Assembly: GCA_963668475.1 (NCBI GenBank)
Contig: OY764544.1
Coordinates: 3,407,986-3,471,985, forward strand
Origin: an uncultured Methanospirillum sp.
Lineage (GTDB): Archaea > Halobacteriota > Methanomicrobia > Methanomicrobiales > Methanospirillaceae
Reading direction: 5' to 3'
DNA length: 64,000 bases
Of the stretch, positions 29,015 through 38,159 are shown piece after piece (the stretch's first letter is position 1; the number at the start of each line of letters is the position of its first letter). Below the pieces are notes generated by a model. That model did not search any database, was not told where the DNA came from, and was given only the letters and a program-made list of their open reading frames with translations. The position numbers were made by a program, and so were the translations under genes.

Positions 29015-29053
29015 TTGACCAGTCAACATTAAATATCTTGTTGACTCATCAAC
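29015..29053 (+). promoter_or_regulatory. Two palindromic operator boxes flanking a TATA-like element upstream of marR
   Basis: TTGAC-CA-GTCAA at 29015-29026, TTAAATA at 29029-29035, GTTGAC-TC-ATCAAC at 29040-29053, ATG at 29061. Confidence 0.75.
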
Positions 29054-29060
29054 TAATTAC

Positions 29061-29495
29061 ATGCGAGATACGGACGGGCCATTTGGAAAGTATGTTTCAC
29101 TGGCATACTGGCTCATTCAAAAACGATTAAACAATGAACTCTCTGGATTTGGGATCAAAATCACACAGTACTCAATACTTCGGTATCTCTACAAGTATGA
29201 TGGATCCAACCAGGAGCAGATTGCCGGAGATCTCGAGATTGACAAAGGCCTCTGTTCCAGAGAGATCAGAAAACTCGAGGATGCCGGTCTCATAGTCAGG
29301 ACAAAACACCAGTCAGATAACAGGCAATGGATATGTTCTCTTACCAAGTCCGGACTAGCCCTCAAAAAAGACCTTGTCAGGATTGGAGATCAGATCAATG
29401 ATAATGTTCTGCAAGGATTATCAGCAACAGAAGAAGAGGCTCTCTATACTCTCATCAAACGTGTCATCTCAAATCTGAATCCGGAGGAAGATTGA
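29061..29495 (+). CDS. MarR-family transcriptional regulator
   Basis: GIKITQYSILRYL...DG.NQEQIA..L.IDKG..SR.I.KLED.GLI.R...SDNR......LT..G. Confidence 0.95.
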   Translation: MRDTDGPFGKYVSLAYWLIQKRLNNELSGFGIKITQYSILRYLYKYDGSNQEQIAGDLEIDKGLCSREIRKLEDAGLIVRTKHQSDNRQWICSLTKSGLALKKDLVRIGDQINDNVLQGLSATEEEALYTLIKRVISNLNPEED

Positions 29496-29497
29496 TT

Positions 29498-30331
29498 ATG
29501 GTTATATCAAGTGAGATCGCAAAAAAGGCCGGAATACAAACAGAACCGGTCGCAATCGTGTGGAGTAATACAAAACCCGAACATGCACTTGAGATTCGGC
29601 CCGGAACCTGGGCATGTCTCATGTGGTACTATGCCAAGGCTGTCCTTGATGGAAAGATTACAGCATTATCCAGAGATTCGTTTGGATGTTGTGGAGGAGC
29701 CATCGGAATAGGATTTGGGCGGCCATTTGAAACACATTCTTCAGGAAATGAAGATAACTTCTGTTGTTTCCTCTCGAATGGACGAGACGGCTGCACAGAT
29801 ATTGAGGCCTTTGACGCACGTCTTGATACGATATCAAATCCTCACCAAAAAGAGATGCTCAAGGAAGGAGAGAGGATCAAGAAAAACCCGGGAGTTGCCA
29901 AGGAATTTCTCAATGCATTGCCGCACTATGATGTCCCAACAAAGTATGTTCTCTTCAAACCCTTCTCTCTCACGCAGCCTGATGAAATGATAAAAAGTGT
30001 AATCTTTCTTGCAAATCCTGACCAGATATCTGTGCTGTCGATTCTTGCTAACTATCCCCGTGGTCAGATTATTGATCGGGTGGTTGTTGCAGCTGGTGCT
30101 TCGGGGTGTCAGGCATTTGGGGTCTGTACGTACAACGAAGAGTTGTCAGAAAACCCGAGGGCAATTGTTGGGCTTACTGATCTGATGGCAAGAAAGGCAG
30201 TGAGAAGAACACTTGGGTCTGACAAATTCACGTTCTCTGTACCATACTCGTTATTCCTTGAGATGGAAGCAAATGTTCCGGGTAGTATCCTTGACTCTGA
30301 ACTCTGGATAGAGATCAGGGATGGATCATAA
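29498..30331 (+). CDS. DUF169-family protein, co-transcribed with marR
   Basis: Starts 3 bp after the marR stop with a GGAGG RBS; motifs PVAI.W, CLM, FGC.GG..G.GFG, VIFLANPDQ.S.L..LANY, ASGC and RA.VG..D..AR. Confidence 0.8.
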   Translation: MVISSEIAKKAGIQTEPVAIVWSNTKPEHALEIRPGTWACLMWYYAKAVLDGKITALSRDSFGCCGGAIGIGFGRPFETHSSGNEDNFCCFLSNGRDGCTDIEAFDARLDTISNPHQKEMLKEGERIKKNPGVAKEFLNALPHYDVPTKYVLFKPFSLTQPDEMIKSVIFLANPDQISVLSILANYPRGQIIDRVVVAAGASGCQAFGVCTYNEELSENPRAIVGLTDLMARKAVRRTLGSDKFTFSVPYSLFLEMEANVPGSILDSELWIEIRDGS

Positions 30332-30429
30332 CCTCTTCTTTGAGAGTGAGTTGCTTAAACCTGTCTGGTTGAGGGAATGAGATAAACAGTCTGTTCTTAC
30401 GAAGTGTTGGTATAATTTCCCTTCTCTGT

Positions 30430-30921
30430 TCACATATCATCCCGTAATCCGAAACCTCTTCCTTTCATCTGGATGGTGTGGATTACGAGTTCTCTGATAA
30501 CATCAGGAAGATCAGAAGGTATTTTACCTATCTGCCATGCTTTCTCTTCTGATGCCTTATTTCCTGCAAGGAAGGCTGCTTTTTGAGCATACAAGGCCGC
30601 TCCGATACAATGGTCTGCCATGTGGGCTGTTGCGACGCCCTGCCCAATTGACCGGGCAACTGCACTGGCAAGAGGATCGGGTATCTCTCTTGCATGAGCA
30701 TGAACTTTTCGTGAGGCCTTCATGAGATCTCCTGTTGAACTGGTACCTTGTGACCATGAAATGGCGAGAGCCATGGCTTCCTGTAAAACCTGATCCTCTT
30801 TGCTACCATAATATGGCAATACGTGCTCATAGCAACTAATGGCCCATTTCATTAGTTTCCGGTGATCTTCGAGCGAAAGACTGCCGCCACGATGCATGGC
30901 AATAAATTGTATGTCTCTCAA
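30430..30921 (-). CDS. Imm5-like putative immunity protein
   Basis: MRD..FIA.HRGG.L..E.H..L..WA..C.EHVL and A.AVARS.GQ.VATAHMADH..GAA.YA.KA motifs. Confidence 0.7.
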   Translation of the reverse strand: MRDIQFIAMHRGGSLSLEDHRKLMKWAISCYEHVLPYYGSKEDQVLQEAMALAISWSQGTSSTGDLMKASRKVHAHAREIPDPLASAVARSIGQGVATAHMADHCIGAALYAQKAAFLAGNKASEEKAWQIGKIPSDLPDVIRELVIHTIQMKGRGFGLRDDM

Positions 30922-31053
30922 TGACGTTCCTTCATTTTGGTTGTGATCATACTCTGGATGTTTTGAGAACTGTTTACCGTACTCCTATGAAACAATATTG
31001 CTGTGAGATATTCATTACAGGTATAATAAAGAGGTTATGGATGCGGAACTCTT

Positions 31054-31124
31054 CAAAAAAACCCCAACGGTGCCCCGTTGGGGGCCCCAGGTAGGGCCGG
31101 TGAAAAGGACTTTTTCATGCAAAA
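31054..31124 (-). repeat. 71-bp dispersed hairpin repeat, copy 2 (inverted relative to copy 1)
   Basis: 69/71 identical to 18451..18521. On the minus strand the hairpin and T7 tail lie about 110-180 bp downstream of the MCP stop. Confidence 0.95.
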
Positions 31125-31230
31125 TCTTTATTGTATATTTAGAATAGTAATAGTTCAGAGAATACCCTTCTGAACCGGTTTCCTCTTCTATCTCAAAAAA
31201 AGAATCTGATTTAGGCTCTCTGTGAACCTT

Positions 31231-33315
31231 TCATACCTTGAAGAAATTAACCTGATTCTGCACATTCTCAACGATGCCATTCAGGTTCCCAATAACCTGA
31301 GAGATCTGATTAACCGCCATAGATACTTCATTCGTTGAATTTGCAGACAAATCTGCATCTTTGGAAGTATTCGATACCAGACTGCCAATCTCAGTAATAC
31401 TTGCGGTAATCTCTTCAACTGAAGCCGCCTGTTCTTCGGTTGCTGCCGCAACATCGGTAACATTCAGATTGATATCACCTATCAACTCAGCAATCCGGGA
31501 GAATGACTGAAGGGTATCCTGGAGTGCTTTTCCTCCGGTCTCAACATCTTTTACCGTTCTTTCCATAGCATCTGATGCCTGGACTGACCGGCTCTGAAGA
31601 TTCTCAATTTTGTATGCGATATTTTCAGCAGATGTCTGAGTCTCGTGAGCAAGTGCTTTCACTTCATCAGCGACGACAGCAAACCCGAGTCCTGCCTCTC
31701 CTGCCCGTGCCGCTTCAATCGCTGCATTGAGGGCGAGAAGGCTGGTTTGATCTGATATATCCCTGATAAGGCCCACAATCTTTCCAATCTCTTCCATCTG
31801 GTGGCTGATATCCTCCATATTCTTCCTGCTCTCGATGGTTGACTGGGTAATACCATCCATTCCTTTCTCAGCAACACCGGCGAGTGTGACACCTTCCCTG
31901 GAATACTTATCAGCTTCGGTTGTGAGTCTGCTCACCTGTTCACTCTTGACAGCAACCTGGTTTACCGTAGTATTGAGTTCTTCCATCGCCTTTAGAATCT
32001 GAGAAACTCCATCTTTGCATTTCTCTGCATTTTCACTGACACTTATGGATGAATCTGCAACCGCCTTTACACTAGCTGCGACCTCTTCAGTACTTGCATT
32101 AGCCTCCTCGGCATTTGCAGTCAGATCACTCATCTGCTGCTGAATAGAAATAATTGCACCAGATACTGATCTTCCACTCTCGTTTAATGCATCCTTGAAC
32201 CGCTTGAAATCCCCTCTTACATCTGCCTGCTCATCATACCTGACTGAAAAGTTTCCTGTGGCAAATTCATTGGCAATTCTCATGGCCTCCATATTTGGTT
32301 TGAGAAAAGCTTCAACCAAGTCATGAATCGCCTCAACCAGTACCTTGAATTCGCCTGAATATTTGGAAGAATCAATGCGAATATCCAGATCTCCATTTCT
32401 TATTTTTTCAGCAATATTCATGATTGAAGTATTGGCAAATTTAGATCTTTCCAGGTTTTCTTTGATCTCCCGGTTTTGTTTCTCTAAATTTACTGCCATT
32501 GCATCAAAGGAAGAACCAATCGAACTGATCTCATCACTACCTTTCATATCAATATGATACGACAGGTTACCTGACCCTAATTCGTCCATTCCCTTCATAA
32601 GAAGGTTAAATCTCCGATTGATGTTCCGTGTAATTACCCATGCAATTGACAAAAGAACTAACGTACAGATGAAAATAACAAGAATGATAACCAGAAGTGC
32701 AAGAGAATACATCTTATTTGATTCAGTGTAACACTGACTTGCGGTCTGATTGTTTTCATCCATCAGTTTCTGAATGTCATTCAGGATGATATTGCGTTTA
32801 GGAATGGCCTCCTGGGACCGTATTTGAGTGGCTTCTGCTTCTCTTCCTTCAAGTGTTAATGAATTAACCCGTTTTGTTATCTCAAAGTAATCTGAAGATG
32901 CCGCCTTTATCTCCTTAATCATATCCTTTTCGGTTTCAGTCATCTCTATTGATGAATAGTCATCAACACGATTGAGAAGTGAGACCCCGAATGGCTCCAT
33001 CTTCGTCTTAAAAATCTGATCTTTTTCAGAAACGTTAGATGAAAGGGTAAATGTGTATCCACCGATTGCATAATTCAGCATATCAGAGTATGCTCCATTT
33101 GCGAGCATGGAATGGGCATATTTATTCTTGTATATTTTATCAATCTCTGAATTTATCGATCCTGCAGTGTATAACCCACATATCCCGATTATAATAATTG
33201 AAATAACACCAACTGCTATCAGGATGAGCAGTTTTCTGCTCATCGATATATCATCTAATTGTATCATGGTAGATCCCCTGTACCCAAATAACGAAAAGAA
33301 TGTGGCAAAAACCAC
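31231..33315 (-). CDS. Methyl-accepting chemotaxis protein (4HB sensor, HAMP, signalling domain); start possibly 33267
   Basis: Two TM helices, hairpin tip [33 protein letters not shown], and methylation motifs [14 protein letters not shown] and [14 protein letters not shown]. Confidence 0.96.
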   Translation of the reverse strand: MVFATFFSLFGYRGSTMIQLDDISMSRKLLILIAVGVISIIIIGICGLYTAGSINSEIDKIYKNKYAHSMLANGAYSDMLNYAIGGYTFTLSSNVSEKDQIFKTKMEPFGVSLLNRVDDYSSIEMTETEKDMIKEIKAASSDYFEITKRVNSLTLEGREAEATQIRSQEAIPKRNIILNDIQKLMDENNQTASQCYTESNKMYSLALLVIILVIFICTLVLLSIAWVITRNINRRFNLLMKGMDELGSGNLSYHIDMKGSDEISSIGSSFDAMAVNLEKQNREIKENLERSKFANTSIMNIAEKIRNGDLDIRIDSSKYSGEFKVLVEAIHDLVEAFLKPNMEAMRIANEFATGNFSVRYDEQADVRGDFKRFKDALNESGRSVSGAIISIQQQMSDLTANAEEANASTEEVAASVKAVADSSISVSENAEKCKDGVSQILKAMEELNTTVNQVAVKSEQVSRLTTEADKYSREGVTLAGVAEKGMDGITQSTIESRKNMEDISHQMEEIGKIVGLIRDISDQTSLLALNAAIEAARAGEAGLGFAVVADEVKALAHETQTSAENIAYKIENLQSRSVQASDAMERTVKDVETGGKALQDTLQSFSRIAELIGDINLNVTDVAAATEEQAASVEEITASITEIGSLVSNTSKDADLSANSTNEVSMAVNQISQVIGNLNGIVENVQNQVNFFKV

Positions 33316-33436
33316 TGTCCCCGATTCATCAATACGGATAGTAGGCTGATTTATTTCATTTTCAGTAACTTAACGCCGGCCTTATTGCGAATCAATGCAC
33401 GAACTTTTATAGCCTATAATTATTATTTTTATAAGA

Positions 33437-34708
33437 ATGGATGGGGATGCGTCTGATTCTATATGGGAAGTCTTGAAAAAAACCAATAAACCGATATCAA
33501 TAACCCGGATTGCAAGGGAAGCCTCTATTTCCCGGACAACCGCTGCACGGTACCTCGATCATCTGCATTTTTCGGGTCAGGTTAAATTATACGAGATAGG
33601 AAAAGCAAAAAAATATCTGCTCTCTTCAGAGCAACCGACTCATTCTATCTGTGATTTATCATCAGATCTTATCATCTTTTTAGATATTTCATTCAAAATT
33701 ATGTATGTAAATAAGGCATATCTGAAGTATTTTCATCTCTCCCTCGAAGAGATCATCGGGAGACGAATTGATGCCCTGAGCCTGGATATTTTTTCAGCCG
33801 TAGATATCCTGAAAATACTGAAAGAGTATAACCGGGATGAGTTTTCGTCGCATATCATTGAGATATTTAGGGAAAACGATATGTATACCTATGAATTGTT
33901 TTTTGTAAAAGGACAGATCGGCCCATATCGTGCTGCTATCTCTATTATTATAAAGGATATAACCGAAAAAAAACGAATAGAAGATGAGAACCGGTTTCTT
34001 GCATCAATTGTAGCATGTTCGGAGGATGCGATAATTGCAGTGAATAGGTCAATAACTGTTACTGCATGGAACACCAGTGCTGAACGGTTATTTGGATATA
34101 GTGCCGGTGAAGTAATTGGCAGATCGATATCTGTTATTCACCCTCCCTGGTATAATGATGTGTTTCCTATTCATGACCGGTTACTGAACGGAGAAGTAAT
34201 TAAGCAGTACGAGTGTACCCGTCAAAGGAAAGATGGTTCACTCGTTGATGTTTCAATTACTGCCTCATTAGTTTTTGATCAAGATGGAGGGATTCTCGGC
34301 TCATCAGCTATTTTTCGTGATATTACGGCATATAACCAGATAAAGAGAACCAGATCTCATTTAAATCTGCAATTACATGCATTGCTAGATAATATCCATG
34401 AAGTGTTGGCAATTATTGATCCGACCACTCATAAAATCCTGTTAGTTAATGCTATTGGGAGAGAAGTGTTTGAAAACCAGACCGCGATATGCTGGTTTCA
34501 CACGGGACAGTATCATTTTCCGATGGTATGTGATATCTGTTCTCAATTAAACCTGAAAGAAAGACAAGGTCCATTCTCATTCATATTTAATAAAGGTAAC
34601 GTGAATCTGCATTCAAAAATTCAGATGATTCCATATGGGGCTCAAAAGAGTGCTCTGATGGTATCCATGTTTGATCCTGAAAACTTTGTAGCCGAAGGAC
34701 CACTGTGA
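33437..34708 (+). CDS. Winged HTH plus multi-PAS one-component regulator
   Basis: HTH ISITRIAREASISRTTAARYLDHL..SGQV....IGKAKKY; PAS SIVACSEDAIIAV.....TAWNTSAERLFGY and RKDGSLVDVSITAS. Confidence 0.85.
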   Translation: MDGDASDSIWEVLKKTNKPISITRIAREASISRTTAARYLDHLHFSGQVKLYEIGKAKKYLLSSEQPTHSICDLSSDLIIFLDISFKIMYVNKAYLKYFHLSLEEIIGRRIDALSLDIFSAVDILKILKEYNRDEFSSHIIEIFRENDMYTYELFFVKGQIGPYRAAISIIIKDITEKKRIEDENRFLASIVACSEDAIIAVNRSITVTAWNTSAERLFGYSAGEVIGRSISVIHPPWYNDVFPIHDRLLNGEVIKQYECTRQRKDGSLVDVSITASLVFDQDGGILGSSAIFRDITAYNQIKRTRSHLNLQLHALLDNIHEVLAIIDPTTHKILLVNAIGREVFENQTAICWFHTGQYHFPMVCDICSQLNLKERQGPFSFIFNKGNVNLHSKIQMIPYGAQKSALMVSMFDPENFVAEGPL

Positions 34709-35298
34709 GAATAATGGATAGAGTAAATTTAGGATTATTGAGGTTTTTGACCAGTTATCTGTGATTACCTGACATCTATGTTCTCCCCATGATGTATTGG
34801 TAGATCTGCAGGATAAGTGAGGCGGTATGCCTGTCCTGATAGTTCGTTCGGAGTACTCCTTCTCTCTTCTGATTTCTGTCCGGGTACTCCGTGCTCTGAA
34901 TGATTGGCAGAAAGAATTCTGATCCGGAGATAAAGCAGGACAAGGTTATCGTCGACGGTCCGTGACGATCATGAGGTTTTTCAGGTTGATGCCCGGAAAG
35001 TGATCAACCGGAAAGATAGTGGTTGTGGTAGATCCCGGGTGAACAACTGATTATCACCGTCAGGGTACCGGTGGTGATAAAAATCCCGTTGAAGAAGCCC
35101 GGGCATTTATTGTTACCGTACAGATATGAAATATGCTGACGCTCAGGCTGAGGAAGAAGGCCGGTTTTGAGGAGTGGAAGGGAGATGAATGGAGAGATTG
35201 GGGGCACATTCAGGCTCCATGAAGAAATTGCGTAAAAAAATCACATATTGGGATTTGAGATCTGATATTTTACTACGGCTATTGTATCATACAATCCT

Positions 35299-36000
35299 TC
35301 ACTGTGATCCCTGGAGTAAGGTAGCATCATTGAGGTGATACCTGAGTGTTCTACCGGTTCGCTCAACCGTGATGACGCCTCCCCTGAGAAGACGAGAGAG
35401 GTGCCAGCCTGCTGCCTGGGCTGAAATCTCAAGTCTGCACCCGATCTCAAGACGGGTAAGACTCTTGTTTTTACAGAGCATTGCAACAATCTCTTTGCAG
35501 GCAGGAGATGCAGCAGCGTTCATCATCTGTTTCTCTTCTGGGGAATAACCCATTGGATAGTACCTGCTAAATCCATCATCCTGTTCTTTTGATATCGTAC
35601 CAAATCTGGTAAGTTGATCCAGGTGATGCCTGACCGTACCAAGCTCCATACCAATACCTGATGAAATGCCCCGAAGATGAATTCCCGGATGATTTCTGAT
35701 AAAGTCAAATATCTCTTTGCGGGGTTGAGAGTCAAAGAGGGTGCTCCGGTCAATCCGGCGATACCCCAGGGCAACGATTGCCTTAAGGAAAAGGAGGAAT
35801 GGATTGAGAAGGACTATCTGCGATAAAATCAACCATAGTGGAAGTTCAATCAGATCCACCCGGGATGGACAACCAGGATGACCATCAGGGAGATCATCAT
35901 ACGCACTACTGACCTGATATCTGGTTGCCATCACCTGGGCTGGGATACAGATCAGGAGAAGAAGTAGTATCAGTAAAATCCTCATGGTTACTCCTGCCAT
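35299..36000 (-). CDS. Membrane-tethered tandem winged-HTH regulator
   Basis: Signal-like N-terminus, a second hydrophobic segment, then two wHTH units (RKEIFDFIRNHPGIHLR.I...GTVRHHL..L and LTRLEI..RLEISAQAAGWHLSRL..GGVI). Confidence 0.85.
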   Translation of the reverse strand: MAGVTMRILLILLLLLICIPAQVMATRYQVSSAYDDLPDGHPGCPSRVDLIELPLWLILSQIVLLNPFLLFLKAIVALGYRRIDRSTLFDSQPRKEIFDFIRNHPGIHLRGISSGIGMELGTVRHHLDQLTRFGTISKEQDDGFSRYYPMGYSPEEKQMMNAAASPACKEIVAMLCKNKSLTRLEIGCRLEISAQAAGWHLSRLLRGGVITVERTGRTLRYHLNDATLLQGSQ

Positions 36001-36671
36001 GTTTCAATCTGAAATGGAACCGGACTTTGAAGATGCTCGCCGTGAACACGATAATACCATCTTCCGGGATCCAAGCCTTCTGTAGAGTTAATCTTCATGA
36101 AGATCGCCTGATCCATCTTCCCGTCTGCATCATCATGGTACGGGCCATACTCTCCGTCAGGGGTGTAAATCGTCAGGTTCAGGGCAGAGGGCTGACTCCA
36201 TGATACCCGGACATACTGCTGTGTCTGTCCTGGGGCAATCGCATCAGAAAAATACTTATCTTCCTCTGGATTTAGTATCTGCAAAACACCCGGGTTATTT
36301 GGATCTGACATCTCTGATACATTGTATATCTTTACGATCACGATATTTTCAGTGCCTGTTCCTATCGATTCTGCAATGCCGTATGTAACAGCACTGCCTG
36401 ATTTGACGGTATCAGATGAACCTGATGTGGAGATTGTAACATAGGAGTTTGATAAACCATCCTGAGTGGAATGGTTCTCCTGTCCATCATTGGTCATGAT
36501 TGTTACACATACCGGTTCTGCCGGAGAAAGGATAGGAATGAAGAGCAGGATGAAGATAATTGCGGATAAAGCCTTTATCACACCGCTGCGTGTCATACAA
36601 TACCGGTTGTCCGGGATACTATTGAAGGGTTGTGGCACAATTCTTTTCTCATCCTTTTCGGGGGTATGCAA
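35988..36671 (-). CDS. Secreted protein with a pre-peptidase C-terminal (PPC)-like beta-sandwich; true start probably downstream
   Basis: Signal peptide; SWSQPSALNLTIYTPDG.YGPYHD..DG..D..I...I....GLDPG.WYY.V.G; overlaps the wHTH start. Confidence 0.7.
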   Translation of the reverse strand: MHTPEKDEKRIVPQPFNSIPDNRYCMTRSGVIKALSAIIFILLFIPILSPAEPVCVTIMTNDGQENHSTQDGLSNSYVTISTSGSSDTVKSGSAVTYGIAESIGTGTENIVIVKIYNVSEMSDPNNPGVLQILNPEEDKYFSDAIAPGQTQQYVRVSWSQPSALNLTIYTPDGEYGPYHDDADGKMDQAIFMKINSTEGLDPGRWYYRVHGEHLQSPVPFQIETWQE

Positions 36672-36685
36672 TAGGAGAGGTTCTT

Positions 36686-37042
36686 TCAGGGGGTTTTATT
36701 CCTGAATCCGGTTCCAACAACAGCACCTGTGGTTCGATCATAGATCGTCATCATTCCTGTTGCATCCGGTCCTTCAATGCGGAACTCTGTATTATGTTCT
36801 GTTCTCTTCTTCTCAAACTCTTCCGGAGTGAGGCTTTGTAGGAGTTCACCGGTATCAACATTTTTTACAATGTAATGAGTTCCATCAAACTCTGTCGAGG
36901 TAGTGACGGTAAAAACCTTGGCAGTCCCGTTGTCTGTGGTTTGTTCAGGCACCAGAATCCCGGCAACCGGGATGATAATGAGGGATATACAGACCAGAAG
37001 GGCGCCAAGGACTGCACATCCAATACGTATGTGTGTGTTCAT
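36686..37042 (-). CDS. Small secreted hypothetical protein (paralog A)
   Basis: The ATG at 37042 gives the signal peptide MNTHIRIGCAVLGALLVCISLIIIPVAG. The domain TTST.FDG..Y..KN..TG..L......EF.K.RT.....RI.GPD..G..T.YD is shared with paralog B. Confidence 0.7.
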   Translation of the reverse strand: MNTHIRIGCAVLGALLVCISLIIIPVAGILVPEQTTDNGTAKVFTVTTSTEFDGTHYIVKNVDTGELLQSLTPEEFEKKRTEHNTEFRIEGPDATGMMTIYDRTTGAVVGTGFRNKTP

Positions 37043-37133
37043 GATAATCAGGGGTATGCCGGATCTTACCGGATTCATCCCCGTAATCAATGTCTGCATC
37101 GGATAGTATCCAGATTCCGGCACATCCCTTTTC
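37039..37133 (-). repeat. 95-bp conserved leader, copy A, ending at the paralog A start codon
   Basis: 83/95 identical to 37871..37965 with no gaps. Confidence 0.92.
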
Positions 37134-37407
37134 ATCTGAGTCGACTTGGTGATGGAAATGAAGGTGATGATGCTTTCTTTGTTTTTGGAATGATACATGA
37201 GCATTTAAAAAAATCAGGAGCACTCGACGGACACTCCTCAAAGCAGAAAATCTCGAGACATAATCTCAGGTGGCCAGTTATCTGTGGTACTACATTCAGA
37301 GAGAGGATAGGGGCAGTTAGCAGGATGACTTGATGCCTTGAATTGGCATTACTATCATCCTGCAGATTTTTTCTGATCCTTCGTGGGGTTTGGGGTAGAA
37401 GAACAGA

Positions 37408-38010
37408 TCAGTGGGTTGTTATGAATTCGGTTGCGACATGTCCCTCATTTACCGAATCAGAAATAGTGATCGTATCACCTGATCCTGACCAGTACCCTGC
37501 ATTCAGGGGCTGTTCATAAAATGAAATCATTTCAGATACATCAGGCCTGACAATTCTACTGGTGATCGGATCATAATATGTGATCCTGCCGTATGAATCA
37601 GGCCCGGTAATCCGGTATTTATCCTCAAGAGCCGTCCTTCTCTTCTGAAATTCAGGTTCAGAGATGGTTACTAGTACTTTTCCGGTAACATCGTTTTTTA
37701 TGTGGTAAAACGAGCCATCAAACATCGTTGATGTAGTTATCGGGTCATAATCGGTTGTCCCGGTGACCGTTGTCACTCCCTGTATCGGATTTGCGACAAC
37801 TGGCAGGATACAGAGGGAGAAACTGATCATAACGAGACAGATGGTTATTATTTCATACGTTTGTGAGTTCTCATGATAATCAGGGGTATGCCGGATTATC
37901 CCGGGTCCATCCCCGTTACCATAGTCTGCATGGAATAGTATCCTGATTCCGGCACATCCCTTTTCGAGAGAACTGGTATGATCAAAATGGAATGAGTGTG
38001 GCTGCTTCAC
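37408..38010 (-). CDS. Small secreted hypothetical protein (paralog B); start uncertain and possibly frameshifted near its 5' end
   Basis: Shares its domain with paralog A. The homologous ATG at 37874 is out of frame (MRTHKRMK*); an in-frame ATG lies at 37830. Confidence 0.6.
   Translation of the reverse strand: MKQPHSFHFDHTSSLEKGCAGIRILFHADYGNGDGPGIIRHTPDYHENSQTYEIITICLVMISFSLCILPVVANPIQGVTTVTGTTDYDPITTSTMFDGSFYHIKNDVTGKVLVTISEPEFQKRRTALEDKYRITGPDSYGRITYYDPITSRIVRPDVSEMISFYEQPLNAGYWSGSGDTITISDSVNEGHVATEFITTH
37871..37965 (-). repeat. 95-bp conserved leader, copy B
   Basis: Direct repeat of 37039..37133 with 12 mismatches. Confidence 0.92.
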
Positions 38011-38159
38011 GGATAGTACACCTGAATAATTGCTAAAACACGTGATGATCTTATTTTACGCTGATTGCATACAGAATTGTCAAAGAAAAGAAATAAGGTC
38101 CCGGATGTGATTATTAAGGATTCATCTCTGTTAAATTATTCTTCAGGAATCATTCCGAT

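Noticed and set aside
34740-35225. Possible degraded gene downstream of the wHTH regulator (ORF 35004..35207 and nearby frames)
   Set aside because: The fragments look protein-like but have multiple stops and no recognisable family.
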